From positions 1 through 35,669 of the forward strand of contig DQSX01000166.1 of the NCBI GenBank assembly GCA_015663065.1: a stretch of DNA of 35,669 bases. The letters run 5' to 3'. The DNA comes from Sulfurovum sp. (GTDB taxonomy: Bacteria > Campylobacterota > Campylobacteria > Campylobacterales > Sulfurovaceae). A program made the translations under genes and the position numbers. Under the pieces are notes generated by a model that made no database searches, was not told where the DNA came from, and saw only the letters and a list, made by a program, of their open reading frames with translations. Every line of letters starts with the position of its first letter. Position 1 is the first letter of the stretch. Below are positions 7,938 to 16,607 of the stretch, one piece after another.

Positions 7938-10190
7938 TTATTTTGCGATAACCTGCCCCAAAGCTATTCCCCCGTCATTGGGAGGAATAGCATTAGAGAT
8001 GATTGCATCAGGAATTTTATCTAAAACCAACCCTAAAAGTATTCTATTTTGAAATACTCCACCACTTAAAACCAATGGGAGATCATACTGCTTTTGTACA
8101 GCAAGTATTATCTCAACCAAAGTATGAAAAAACTTTGAAACTGCTACAGAAGTATCTTCTTCTAAGAGTATCTCTTTAATAATAGGGAGAATATCTATCT
8201 TCACATCTTCATAGCCAAACGCATAATGGCCATCTATGCCAGCGTCATATAATGCTTCGAGCATCATTCCACTCTCACCCTCAAAGCTCATTGTTTGGCA
8301 TATTCCAAGCAAAGAGGCAACGGCATCAAACAGTCTGCCTGCAGATGAGCTTAATGGTGCATTTAAACCTTTTTTCCATGCAGTAAGGTAGCTTTTTAAC
8401 TCTACAGTAGAAAAACTTTCTGTTGTAGGGTTCTTCAAGTTCAATACCTCTTCACCATACAGGTCAAAAAGCAAGGAGAGAGCTACTCTTTTTGGCTCTT
8501 TAATAGCTTTGGCGCCACCAATCAGTTTAAAGTAGTTCAAATGTGCCACACGTTCATAGCCGCGATAGTCACAAATAAGAAATTCACCACCCCAGAGATT
8601 GGCGTCATCTCCATAGCCGGTACCGTCAAAAGCTACGCCCAGTACTTTTCCACTAAGTTGTTTCTCTGCCATGACAGCTAAAATATGTGCGTAGTGGTGT
8701 TGGACTTCGACAAGCTCAGTCACCGGTCCCTGAGCCTGTCGAATTGACGGTCCCTGAGCCTGTCGAAGGGCTAATTCTTTTGCTACTTTTGTTGACTCAT
8801 AATTTGGATGTTTGTCATGCTTGAGCACTTCAGCTTTGAAATTATATATCCTCTCCAAATTTTGAATATTTTCTTTAAAGTATTCTACGGACCCGATACT
8901 GTCAAGATCTCCTATATGCGGAGAGAGTATGGCTTCATTGTCAAACCCTATAGCAACGGTACTCTTCTGGTTTGCACCAAGTGCCAACACTTTTTTCTCT
9001 AAAGTGTACGGCAGTTTTATACTTGCCGGTGCATATCCTCTGGCACGTCTAAGTATCACTTGCTGTTCATTTACAACCATTACCACAGAATCATCACATC
9101 CATTTACAATGTCTCTGTCATGATCCAATACATAATCATACACACCTTTTAGTTTATACAATGACTCTTTGTTTGTACAGATAGGCTCATCTGTAATATT
9201 GGCTGAGGTGGCAACCAAAGGACGATTGAGTTTTTGAAGTAAGAGTAGGTGTAAGGGAGTATAGGGAAGAAATAATCCTATACGCGAGATATGGGGAGCT
9301 ATTTCAGGATTAAATACTGAATACTGAGCGTTTAGAAGCACTATTGGTCTCTCTTTGGATCTAAGCAGTTTTTCCTCTTGTGTATTGATATGAGCTAACT
9401 CTTTTGCCCTAGATATATCTCTTACCATCACAGCAAAAGGTTTTGCAGGTCTGCGTTTTCTCTCTCTTAATTTAGCTACAGCTGCTTCATTGGTCGCATC
9501 ACACATCAAATGGTATCCGCCGACTCCTTTCACGGCTAAAATCTTCCCCTCCAATAAAAGTTGTGAAGCAAGCTCCAATAATTCCTCATTCCTAACTCCT
9601 AATTCCTCATTTTTATCCCAAAGAGATAAAGAAGGTCCGCACTCCCAACAGCCTATCGGCTGTGCATGGTAACGTCTGTCCAAAGGATCTGTATACTCTT
9701 TTTCACAGGCTTCACACATTTTAAAAAATTTCATAGAAGTATTTTTACGGTCATAAGGCAGATCGTAGATGATAGAGTAACGTACACCACAGTGTGTACA
9801 GGTGATGAAAGGGTAGCCATAGCGACGATCAGAGGGGTCAAATAACTCTGCTTCACAGGCTTTACAAATGCTGACATCCGGAGGAATACGTACAGTTCTT
9901 TCTCCACTCTCTTCCGTAGATATGATCTGAAAGTCAGTAAATATTTTTGATGGTATTTGTATAGTCTTTATATGATCAATGCATGCCAGTGGCGGCAGTT
10001 CATTTTGAACAGCGCGAAGAAATGTCTGTAAAAGCTCTTCATTTGCATTGAGAGTGATCTCAACACCGCCCGGACCATTCAGTACAGTCCCGTGCAGATT
10101 ATGATCTAAAGCAAGTCTATAGATAAAAGGGCGGAAACCAACACCCTGAACAGTACCATCTATCTCTATTTTATAGGTAAATAGCTCCAT
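7938..10190 (-). CDS. hypF: Carbamoyltransferase HypF
   Basis: VQGVGFRP acylphosphatase motif, two CxxC pairs of zinc fingers, KGVGGY, HPNY, QHH, DGTGYG, PPNDGG; start 10190 (10199 possible). Confidence 0.97.
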   Translation of the reverse strand: MELFTYKIEIDGTVQGVGFRPFIYRLALDHNLHGTVLNGPGGVEITLNANEELLQTFLRAVQNELPPLACIDHIKTIQIPSKIFTDFQIISTEESGERTVRIPPDVSICKACEAELFDPSDRRYGYPFITCTHCGVRYSIIYDLPYDRKNTSMKFFKMCEACEKEYTDPLDRRYHAQPIGCWECGPSLSLWDKNEELGVRNEELLELASQLLLEGKILAVKGVGGYHLMCDATNEAAVAKLRERKRRPAKPFAVMVRDISRAKELAHINTQEEKLLRSKERPIVLLNAQYSVFNPEIAPHISRIGLFLPYTPLHLLLLQKLNRPLVATSANITDEPICTNKESLYKLKGVYDYVLDHDRDIVNGCDDSVVMVVNEQQVILRRARGYAPASIKLPYTLEKKVLALGANQKSTVAIGFDNEAILSPHIGDLDSIGSVEYFKENIQNLERIYNFKAEVLKHDKHPNYESTKVAKELALRQAQGPSIRQAQGPVTELVEVQHHYAHILAVMAEKQLSGKVLGVAFDGTGYGDDANLWGGEFLICDYRGYERVAHLNYFKLIGGAKAIKEPKRVALSLLFDLYGEEVLNLKNPTTESFSTVELKSYLTAWKKGLNAPLSSSAGRLFDAVASLLGICQTMSFEGESGMMLEALYDAGIDGHYAFGYEDVKIDILPIIKEILLEEDTSVAVSKFFHTLVEIILAVQKQYDLPLVLSGGVFQNRILLGLVLDKIPDAIISNAIPPNDGGIALGQVIAK
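8705..8768. repeat. REP-like element within hypF (one left arm, two tandem right arms)
   Basis: CTTCGACAAGCTCAG 8705-8719; CGGTCCCTGAGCCTGTCGAA at 8724-8743 and 8748-8767 (24-bp period). Confidence 0.88.
9580..9614. repeat. Heptamer tandem repeat within hypF
   Basis: AATTCCT CATTCCT AACTCCT AATTCCT CATTTTT; translates as NEELGVRNEEL. Confidence 0.75.
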
Positions 10191-12096
10191 GTACTGCACA
10201 CTCCTTGCCTATGGGGTAATTTTTTGGAAAAAGAAGATTTTTTCTACCCATATGTCTCTGTATTCTAGCATAGAGTGCTTGATTGGCAAGTGTCTCTCCT
10301 GTCAATGTTACATTTTTTGCAGTGGTTTTTTCCATAAGCTGTGAAACCACTTCCGATATATAATCCCCAAACGATTCATAAATACTGTAACACATTAAAG
10401 TGTTCTCCACAGTACCTAGCTGATAACTCATTACAGAAGCAAGAAAAGCATAATTGTCAAAACGGTTGTCATTGACGCGTGTATCAATCTGAATACCGCC
10501 TTTACCCATGAAACTCAAAGCTTCAGCAGAGATACCTTCAAAACTCTCATCTTGCAGACCCAGCATGATCGCTGTCACGGTAAATATATCTACATCTCCG
10601 GAGAGATGATCCAATCGCCCACAAATTTCAGGATAATTTTTTCTGTAATTGTCCACCAGCCTGTCCGAACCTTCACGCAAAGTACTGATGTGTTCAAAAA
10701 GATGATCCGCTTCAAATGGATTTGGAGGCACAGCGTTGATCACCTCTTTACCGTTATAATAAAGAAAATAGAGGGAAGCATCAAAATGCACACCGATCGC
10801 TTTTTGTTGTAAAACATGGTGTTCTGCAAGTACAGAAAGCATGGAACCTTTCCATTGGGGAAATCGTTTTTCATTCGAATGTTCACTGTGAAAATCTTCA
10901 CTCTCAAGCACATTGACACGCTCTGTTTCTATGCTGTCAAACTTTTCCAGGGTATCAATGAACATAGAGTCTTCCACCCTGAGTGCCGCAAGGTCATGCG
11001 CAACGGCAAGTACGTCTCTGTGCGTTTCAACCACAGCAGGATAAACAACCCTTTCTCCTGAGATGAAGAATTTCATATCCTGATTAATGAAAAGTCTGGA
11101 ATCTTTTTGAGCTTCTATGGGTATGTCAAAATCAACAAGATAATCTGCCTCTGTGTCAGCATCACACTCCTCATAACATATATAAGTAGAGCCTTTGTTG
11201 ATCATCTCTCTGGCTAAAAGCATGGTTATACCGTCATCAGGGTATTTTACCAATGCTGTAGCGCCGTAAAGTATTTTCATCTCATCACTTTTTGTTGATA
11301 TACGCAGTATAGGTCTCTCTATACTGAGCAGGGAGTTAAACTCCTGGGTGATCATCATGAGATGCTCATTCATCCCTTTTACATCGGTCATCAGCAAAAC
11401 AGTTTCTTGCAGGGATCTTCCCTCTTTTGGCAAAAAGAATTTTCGGTAGCCGTTGCTTGTCTGCATGAGTACACTTTTACCTTTTCCAATAGCCGTTGCA
11501 CACACTTCAAAAAGTTTACGGTAAGAGCCTTTGTCGTTGGCGTATCGTTCGGATTTTCCATCATTCATTTTGATATTGATCCCACACTCCACACAAGAAA
11601 TAAGAGGATAGTCCTTTCTCAAAGGATTGTTTTTCAACTCCTCCTGACATCCTGCACAGGGAACAAGAAATTTCATTGTACTGTTGGCTCTGGTAAAAGG
11701 ATATGCTGTAATAAACGGGTGTTGTGAACCACAAGCGTTACAGGAAGTGAATGGGTAGTAGTAACGCGAAGAACTCACATCAAACATCTCTTTTTGACAG
11801 CTGGGACAGAGTGAAATATTCAAAGGAACTGCAGTCTCTTTTATGGAAAGAAGATCAGGTTTTGTATCTGTAAAATAATGTCTGCTTTTCCCTAGAAAAA
11901 TTGAAGCTGGAAGCCGTTCCTCCAAACCGAGCAAAAAAGATTCAAGTTTTTCATCCTCTTTGTTAAAGATCAGAGTGATCAACCCTTCTGACTGTATCAG
12001 CTCAAGTTCCATCACAAAAGATGAAGCATAGGCTTTGATCAAGTCTCTAATATAGTGTTTGTTGGATGAGAACTCCATCTCAAAAATAAAATACAT
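10171..12096 (-). CDS. hydE: HydE-like hydrogenase accessory protein (degenerate HypF paralogue)
   Basis: Position after hydD as in Helicobacter/Wolinella hydABCDE; HypF-like zinc fingers CPSC..YPFTSCNACG and CAGC..CVECG. Confidence 0.7.
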   Translation of the reverse strand: MYFIFEMEFSSNKHYIRDLIKAYASSFVMELELIQSEGLITLIFNKEDEKLESFLLGLEERLPASIFLGKSRHYFTDTKPDLLSIKETAVPLNISLCPSCQKEMFDVSSSRYYYPFTSCNACGSQHPFITAYPFTRANSTMKFLVPCAGCQEELKNNPLRKDYPLISCVECGINIKMNDGKSERYANDKGSYRKLFEVCATAIGKGKSVLMQTSNGYRKFFLPKEGRSLQETVLLMTDVKGMNEHLMMITQEFNSLLSIERPILRISTKSDEMKILYGATALVKYPDDGITMLLAREMINKGSTYICYEECDADTEADYLVDFDIPIEAQKDSRLFINQDMKFFISGERVVYPAVVETHRDVLAVAHDLAALRVEDSMFIDTLEKFDSIETERVNVLESEDFHSEHSNEKRFPQWKGSMLSVLAEHHVLQQKAIGVHFDASLYFLYYNGKEVINAVPPNPFEADHLFEHISTLREGSDRLVDNYRKNYPEICGRLDHLSGDVDIFTVTAIMLGLQDESFEGISAEALSFMGKGGIQIDTRVNDNRFDNYAFLASVMSYQLGTVENTLMCYSIYESFGDYISEVVSQLMEKTTAKNVTLTGETLANQALYARIQRHMGRKNLLFPKNYPIGKECAVHGAIYL

Positions 12097-12122
12097 TACA
12101 TTTCCTATTGTCTAGACGAACG

Positions 12123-12674
12123 CTAGTGCATACGTTGTGTCATTGGGTTTGCACAACGCTGTATGATCTCTTCCATTGAGACGCTTTCTGCTCTCTTTCG
12201 AAGTACAATACCCTCTTTCTCCAAAGCTTCCAATGTAGTCTGAAGGAGTTCGGGCATACGGTTCAGTACCGTTTTGGTCAAACCGTTACAGACATCAACA
12301 ATATCATCGGGTATCATGCTTATGAGCTCTACTTCACCCATCTCTTCATGAAAAGAGCAAATTTCAAGCATCATGGTCAATTCTGCTTCGTTGGCAGTTT
12401 TTTTGGTAGATCCCTGTGCCATCATCTCTTCACCGCTGCAAGTCACTATGCTGCCGGATTCACCTTGTAGTGAGGTAGTACCCACAATGATCACTTTGTC
12501 ATACTCCTGATAATAGGTCATCAGGCTAAAGCCCAGTATCCCACCGTCAACAACAACAAGATTTTCGGGAAGTGTGTAATTGCCTTCTATATATTTGGCA
12601 AGGTAAGTACCTAAACCTTCATCATGGAACATAATGTTGCCCATACCGATCAGTGCAATATTACGTTCTTCCAT
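12123..12674 (-). CDS. hydD: Hydrogenase maturation protease HydD (atypical active site)
   Basis: GMGNIMFHDEGLG, VDGG; follows hydC; IVGT and TANE where Asp and His are expected. Confidence 0.88.
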   Translation of the reverse strand: MEERNIALIGMGNIMFHDEGLGTYLAKYIEGNYTLPENLVVVDGGILGFSLMTYYQEYDKVIIVGTTSLQGESGSIVTCSGEEMMAQGSTKKTANEAELTMMLEICSFHEEMGEVELISMIPDDIVDVCNGLTKTVLNRMPELLQTTLEALEKEGIVLRKRAESVSMEEIIQRCANPMTQRMH

Positions 12675-12702
12675 GATTCTCTCTTTATAAAGATAAAAAA
12701 GC

Positions 12703-13443
12703 CTAAACTTTTTTATCTACCTTTGTAAACTTTTCACCGCCAAATGCAATGGCAATATCTCCTTCTCTCCAGAAGATCGTTCTCCATACCTGATAATAAA
12801 TGTGAAACACAACCCAAACGATAATAAACCACATTGAGTAGTGATGTACAATTCTAACATCCATCACATTTGTACCGCTTGCTGTTGAACCGATCATCCA
12901 GGAGCTCACAGGCAGTGTCCAATCCGTTGCAAAGTGAAGTACCCAAGGCCACCATGCACCAATGCTGCTGTGACCATGAGGGAATATCTGAACATAAAGC
13001 TGAAGACCCGTCAAAAGCATCCACAATAAAAGCAGATGGAAAATAAAGAAAAATACCGCATTGAAACTGTCTGCATGCGAAGAATCAAATTTCTTTCTTC
13101 GGTTCAGAGTAAGAAGATTCATCAATACTTCAAAAAACTCTACTATATTTTTGAGCGTAGGTATTAATTTTTTATACGGCTTCTCAAATCTTGAAAAGAA
13201 ATACAAATAGGCTACAACAATACTGCTCACGTCAAATATAATGGCGACAATCAAGTGTACCCATCTATTCCAAGCCATCACATACTTATCTACCGCAGGG
13301 TCTGCTATAAAAGTTTGATAATACGGATGTCCGATATAGAGACCTGTTATCACTGCGGCAACCATACATATGGCAACAACCCAGTGGTTGAGCCTCATAA
13401 AAGTTGTCATACGCTTGACTTGTTTATATCCTGGTTTAGACAT
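12703..13443 (-). CDS. hydC: Ni/Fe-hydrogenase cytochrome b subunit
   Basis: RLNHW, RWVH, IVHH, FHIY heme-ligand His pattern in a four-TM protein. Confidence 0.93.
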   Translation of the reverse strand: MSKPGYKQVKRMTTFMRLNHWVVAICMVAAVITGLYIGHPYYQTFIADPAVDKYVMAWNRWVHLIVAIIFDVSSIVVAYLYFFSRFEKPYKKLIPTLKNIVEFFEVLMNLLTLNRRKKFDSSHADSFNAVFFFIFHLLLLWMLLTGLQLYVQIFPHGHSSIGAWWPWVLHFATDWTLPVSSWMIGSTASGTNVMDVRIVHHYSMWFIIVWVVFHIYYQVWRTIFWREGDIAIAFGGEKFTKVDKKV

Positions 13444-13454
13444 AACAGCCTCCT

Positions 13455-15218
13455 TTAAAATGCGCAGGTAGGGTCAACTTTATAGACAGCCAACTCCTTA
13501 CCTTTTGTGTCCACCACATGTACCGCACAGGCAATACAAGGGTCGAAACTGTGGATAGTCCGTATGATCTCAAGCGGTTGTTCCGGGTCTGCAACCTTTG
13601 TCCCCATCAATGCTGCTTCATAAGCACCAAGATTTCCTTTTTCATCTCTTGGACCGGCATTCCAGGTAGAAGGAACAATAGCTTGATAGTTTGTTACTTT
13701 TCCTTCTTTTATGTTTACCCAGTGGCCCAGTGCACCTCTTGGTGCTTCAGCCATACCTGCACCTTTACAGTCAGCAGCTACCTCATCAAAGTCAAACTCT
13801 GTCCAGGTACGAAGATCACCTGTAGCAGCATTTTTTGCCAACTCATCTACCCAGTCGATCATGACATCTGCCATCAGTTCAGTCTCAATAGCTCTTGCCG
13901 CAGTTCTACCAACTGTAGAGAATAACACGGTAATAGGCAGACCGGATCTCTTTAAAAAATTACCGACATATTTTGTTATACGCTTGTCACCTTTGACATA
14001 CCCTACGACCATACGTGCCAAGGGACCGACTTCCAAAGCTTTTCCGTCATATCTTGGAGATTTTATCCAAGAGTATTTCTCATCTGTTTTCAGGTAGGCA
14101 TAGCCATCTTCTTTTTTCTCAAGACCGGTATATTTAGGTATGGTTGTTCCCACATACGGATGTTCCGGTTTACCTGTACCTTCATACCAGGAATGCGTCA
14201 CATCTTCTGTGATCTTACTTGCATCCACTTCCAGTACTTTGGAAATATCACCTTCAAGTACAATACCTGACGGGAAAAGATTCTCTGCACTGTAGAAACC
14301 TGTATCATCCAGTTTAAAGTCACCGTAACTCAGGTAAGAGAGCAATCCTCCACCTGTTCCACCAACACCTTTATAGGTCGCTTCTTTGTCTGTAGCTTCC
14401 GCTGCATAAGCAGTTCCTGCCATATAGACATCTGGAAGGTATGCCCCTTTAATGAACTCTCTACCATCTTTTAAAAGCTGTTTGAAGAGTGCAATCCTTG
14501 CTGGATTTTGAATGTCCTGTACACAGGTCACCCCGCCAACAACAATAGATTGCGGATGCGGATTCTTACCGCCGAAGATCGCCTGCATTTTTGCCAGATC
14601 TCTTTGTATATCCAGTGCCTTAAGATAATGCGCCACCCCAATGAGGTTTTGCTCAGGGGTAAGTTTATAGTTAGGATTACCCCAGTAACCGTTACCAAAG
14701 ATACCAAGTCTTCCCTCTTTTACAAACTTGACAAGTCTCTCCTGCACTGCTTTAAAATCTGCAGCAGCTGAAATATACGGCTTATGTCCTGCAACATCTG
14801 CCCATTTAGCCACTTCAAGCGCTGTAGCGTCAGGGTCCGCTTTTGTGGCAGCCACAACATCTACAAAATCAAGTGCATGCAGATGATAGAAATGTACCAG
14901 GTGATCATGTACATAGAGTGCACCCTGGATAAGGTTTCTGACCAGTCTGGCATTTTTAGGGATCGTGATCTTAAATGCGTCTTCCACTGCTTCAATACTT
15001 CTTTGATAGTGCGTACCTGTACATACACCACAAATTCTCATAGCCATTAAGCCACAGTCTCTCGGGTCACGATCTTTCATGATCGTCTCCATCCCTCTAA
15101 ACATGGTTGATGAAGTATAGGCATCTACGATGGTATTGTTTTCATCAATGACAGCTTCTACTCTGAGGTGCCCTTCAATTCTTGTAATCGGGTCTACTAT
15201 TATATGTTTTTTACTCAT
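13455..15218 (-). CDS. hydB: Membrane-bound [NiFe]-hydrogenase large subunit (group 1b-like)
   Basis: DPITRIEGH, RICGVC, SFDPCIACAVH plus a cleavable C-terminal extension. Confidence 0.97.
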   Translation of the reverse strand: MSKKHIIVDPITRIEGHLRVEAVIDENNTIVDAYTSSTMFRGMETIMKDRDPRDCGLMAMRICGVCTGTHYQRSIEAVEDAFKITIPKNARLVRNLIQGALYVHDHLVHFYHLHALDFVDVVAATKADPDATALEVAKWADVAGHKPYISAAADFKAVQERLVKFVKEGRLGIFGNGYWGNPNYKLTPEQNLIGVAHYLKALDIQRDLAKMQAIFGGKNPHPQSIVVGGVTCVQDIQNPARIALFKQLLKDGREFIKGAYLPDVYMAGTAYAAEATDKEATYKGVGGTGGGLLSYLSYGDFKLDDTGFYSAENLFPSGIVLEGDISKVLEVDASKITEDVTHSWYEGTGKPEHPYVGTTIPKYTGLEKKEDGYAYLKTDEKYSWIKSPRYDGKALEVGPLARMVVGYVKGDKRITKYVGNFLKRSGLPITVLFSTVGRTAARAIETELMADVMIDWVDELAKNAATGDLRTWTEFDFDEVAADCKGAGMAEAPRGALGHWVNIKEGKVTNYQAIVPSTWNAGPRDEKGNLGAYEAALMGTKVADPEQPLEIIRTIHSFDPCIACAVHVVDTKGKELAVYKVDPTCAF

Positions 15219-16468
15219 TATGCATTCTCCTCACTTTTACTATCTTCACTCTTTTTGCCTGCAACCACACTTGCCGCTGCATGGATCGCAATACCGACAC
15301 CTGCTGCGGTCAAGAGTCCAAGACCAAATTCATCAACTGTCTTTTCGACACCACCTGTCGGTGCTTTAATGTTGGCATTTGCCATAGGTCTTTCATACGC
15401 ATACTTATCCCAGAAATCAGGTTCCGAACAACCAATACATCCTCTACCTACACCAATTGGCCAGTTCACACCTTCATTGTATCGGATGATCGAACAGTTG
15501 TTAAAGGTCATTGGACCTTTACATCCGACCTTATAGAGACAGAAATTATTTTTTGCCCCTACATCTCCCCACTCTTCTACATATTCTCCTGCATCAAAGT
15601 GTCCTCTACGCTCACAGTTGTCATGAATTCTGTAACCAAAAGCAAACTTAGGTCTAAGCAGTGAATCCAGTTCAGGTACAGTACCTGTCAGTACATAGTG
15701 TAAAAGTACCCCTACCATATTGGAAGGGTTCGCAGGACAGGCAGGAATATTGATGATCGGTTTTCCTTTTACCACATCCATGACCCCGACAGCATCGGTT
15801 GGATTTGGAGCTGCAGCGGGTATACCACCAAAGGTTGCACAAGATCCGACCGCCACTACGGCAGCTGCATCTTTGGCAAGTCTTTCCAGGTGATCTACGA
15901 ATGTTTCCGCTTTTGCACCTATGGTTCCATAATAACCATCTATTCCTCTAGGTATTGCACCTTCAACGAATAACAGATACTTACCTTTAAAGTGTTCAAT
16001 GGCTTCTTCAAGCTGTTTTTCTGCCTGATGCCCAGATGGTGACATGAGTGTTTCATGGAATTCCAGTGAAATAATGTCTAAAATAATTTCATCGATCTTT
16101 GGTCCGTCAGACCTTATGAGTGCTTCTGAGTTACCTGCACAGTCTGAAAGTTCTATCCAGATCACCGGTACCCTGTTCATCATGACTGCTGCTTCTGCAA
16201 CTAATGGTGTAAATGAAGCCGGAAGCATTAACATTGCTGTAGTCGCTGATGCCCACTTTAAAAAATCTCTTCTCTCAAGACCTTCCTCTTCTATACTCTC
16301 TTTAAAATCCATTCGATTATTAAGAGGAGCCAGCTTTTTAAGGTCATCCAGTCTAGCTCTACACTGTGTATACAACGCTTCGTAATAAGCATCACCTTTA
16401 TTCGTGTCTACCTTGGCACTCTGTGCAGTAAAAAGGCTTTTCACCGAATCTTGTTTATCCATACTCAT
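15218..16468 (-). CDS. hydA: Membrane-bound [NiFe]-hydrogenase small subunit, Tat-exported
   Basis: RRDFLK Tat motif, Fe-S Cys pattern, C-terminal TM anchor with His. Confidence 0.96.
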   Translation of the reverse strand: MSMDKQDSVKSLFTAQSAKVDTNKGDAYYEALYTQCRARLDDLKKLAPLNNRMDFKESIEEEGLERRDFLKWASATTAMLMLPASFTPLVAEAAVMMNRVPVIWIELSDCAGNSEALIRSDGPKIDEIILDIISLEFHETLMSPSGHQAEKQLEEAIEHFKGKYLLFVEGAIPRGIDGYYGTIGAKAETFVDHLERLAKDAAAVVAVGSCATFGGIPAAAPNPTDAVGVMDVVKGKPIINIPACPANPSNMVGVLLHYVLTGTVPELDSLLRPKFAFGYRIHDNCERRGHFDAGEYVEEWGDVGAKNNFCLYKVGCKGPMTFNNCSIIRYNEGVNWPIGVGRGCIGCSEPDFWDKYAYERPMANANIKAPTGGVEKTVDEFGLGLLTAAGVGIAIHAAASVVAGKKSEDSKSEENA

Positions 16469-16490
16469 TGCTTCTCCTTCTGTAAAAAAA

Positions 16491-16512
16491 TGAATAACTA
16501 TTCACCATTGTA
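16491..16512 (-). promoter_or_regulatory. Palindromic operator TGAATAACTATTCA next to -10 (TACAAT) of hydA
   Basis: Perfect 6-bp arms at 16491-16504; -10 at 16507-16512. Confidence 0.72.
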
Positions 16513-16607
16513 AATAAAGTAAACTTAAAGTGTATTGAATGACAACGGTTTTTGATGAAAAAAAGCAAAATTATTTATTTTGTAGTATTAGTAAAATAAA
16601 TAGTAGA

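Noticed and set aside
8705-8768. CRISPR array or IS ends as explanation for the repeats
   Set aside because: No spacers of regular length, no cas or transposase gene, no clear target-site duplication
13515-13550. Selenocysteine ([NiFeSe]) recoding in HydB
   Set aside because: Motif is DPCIAC with ordinary Cys codons and no in-frame TGA
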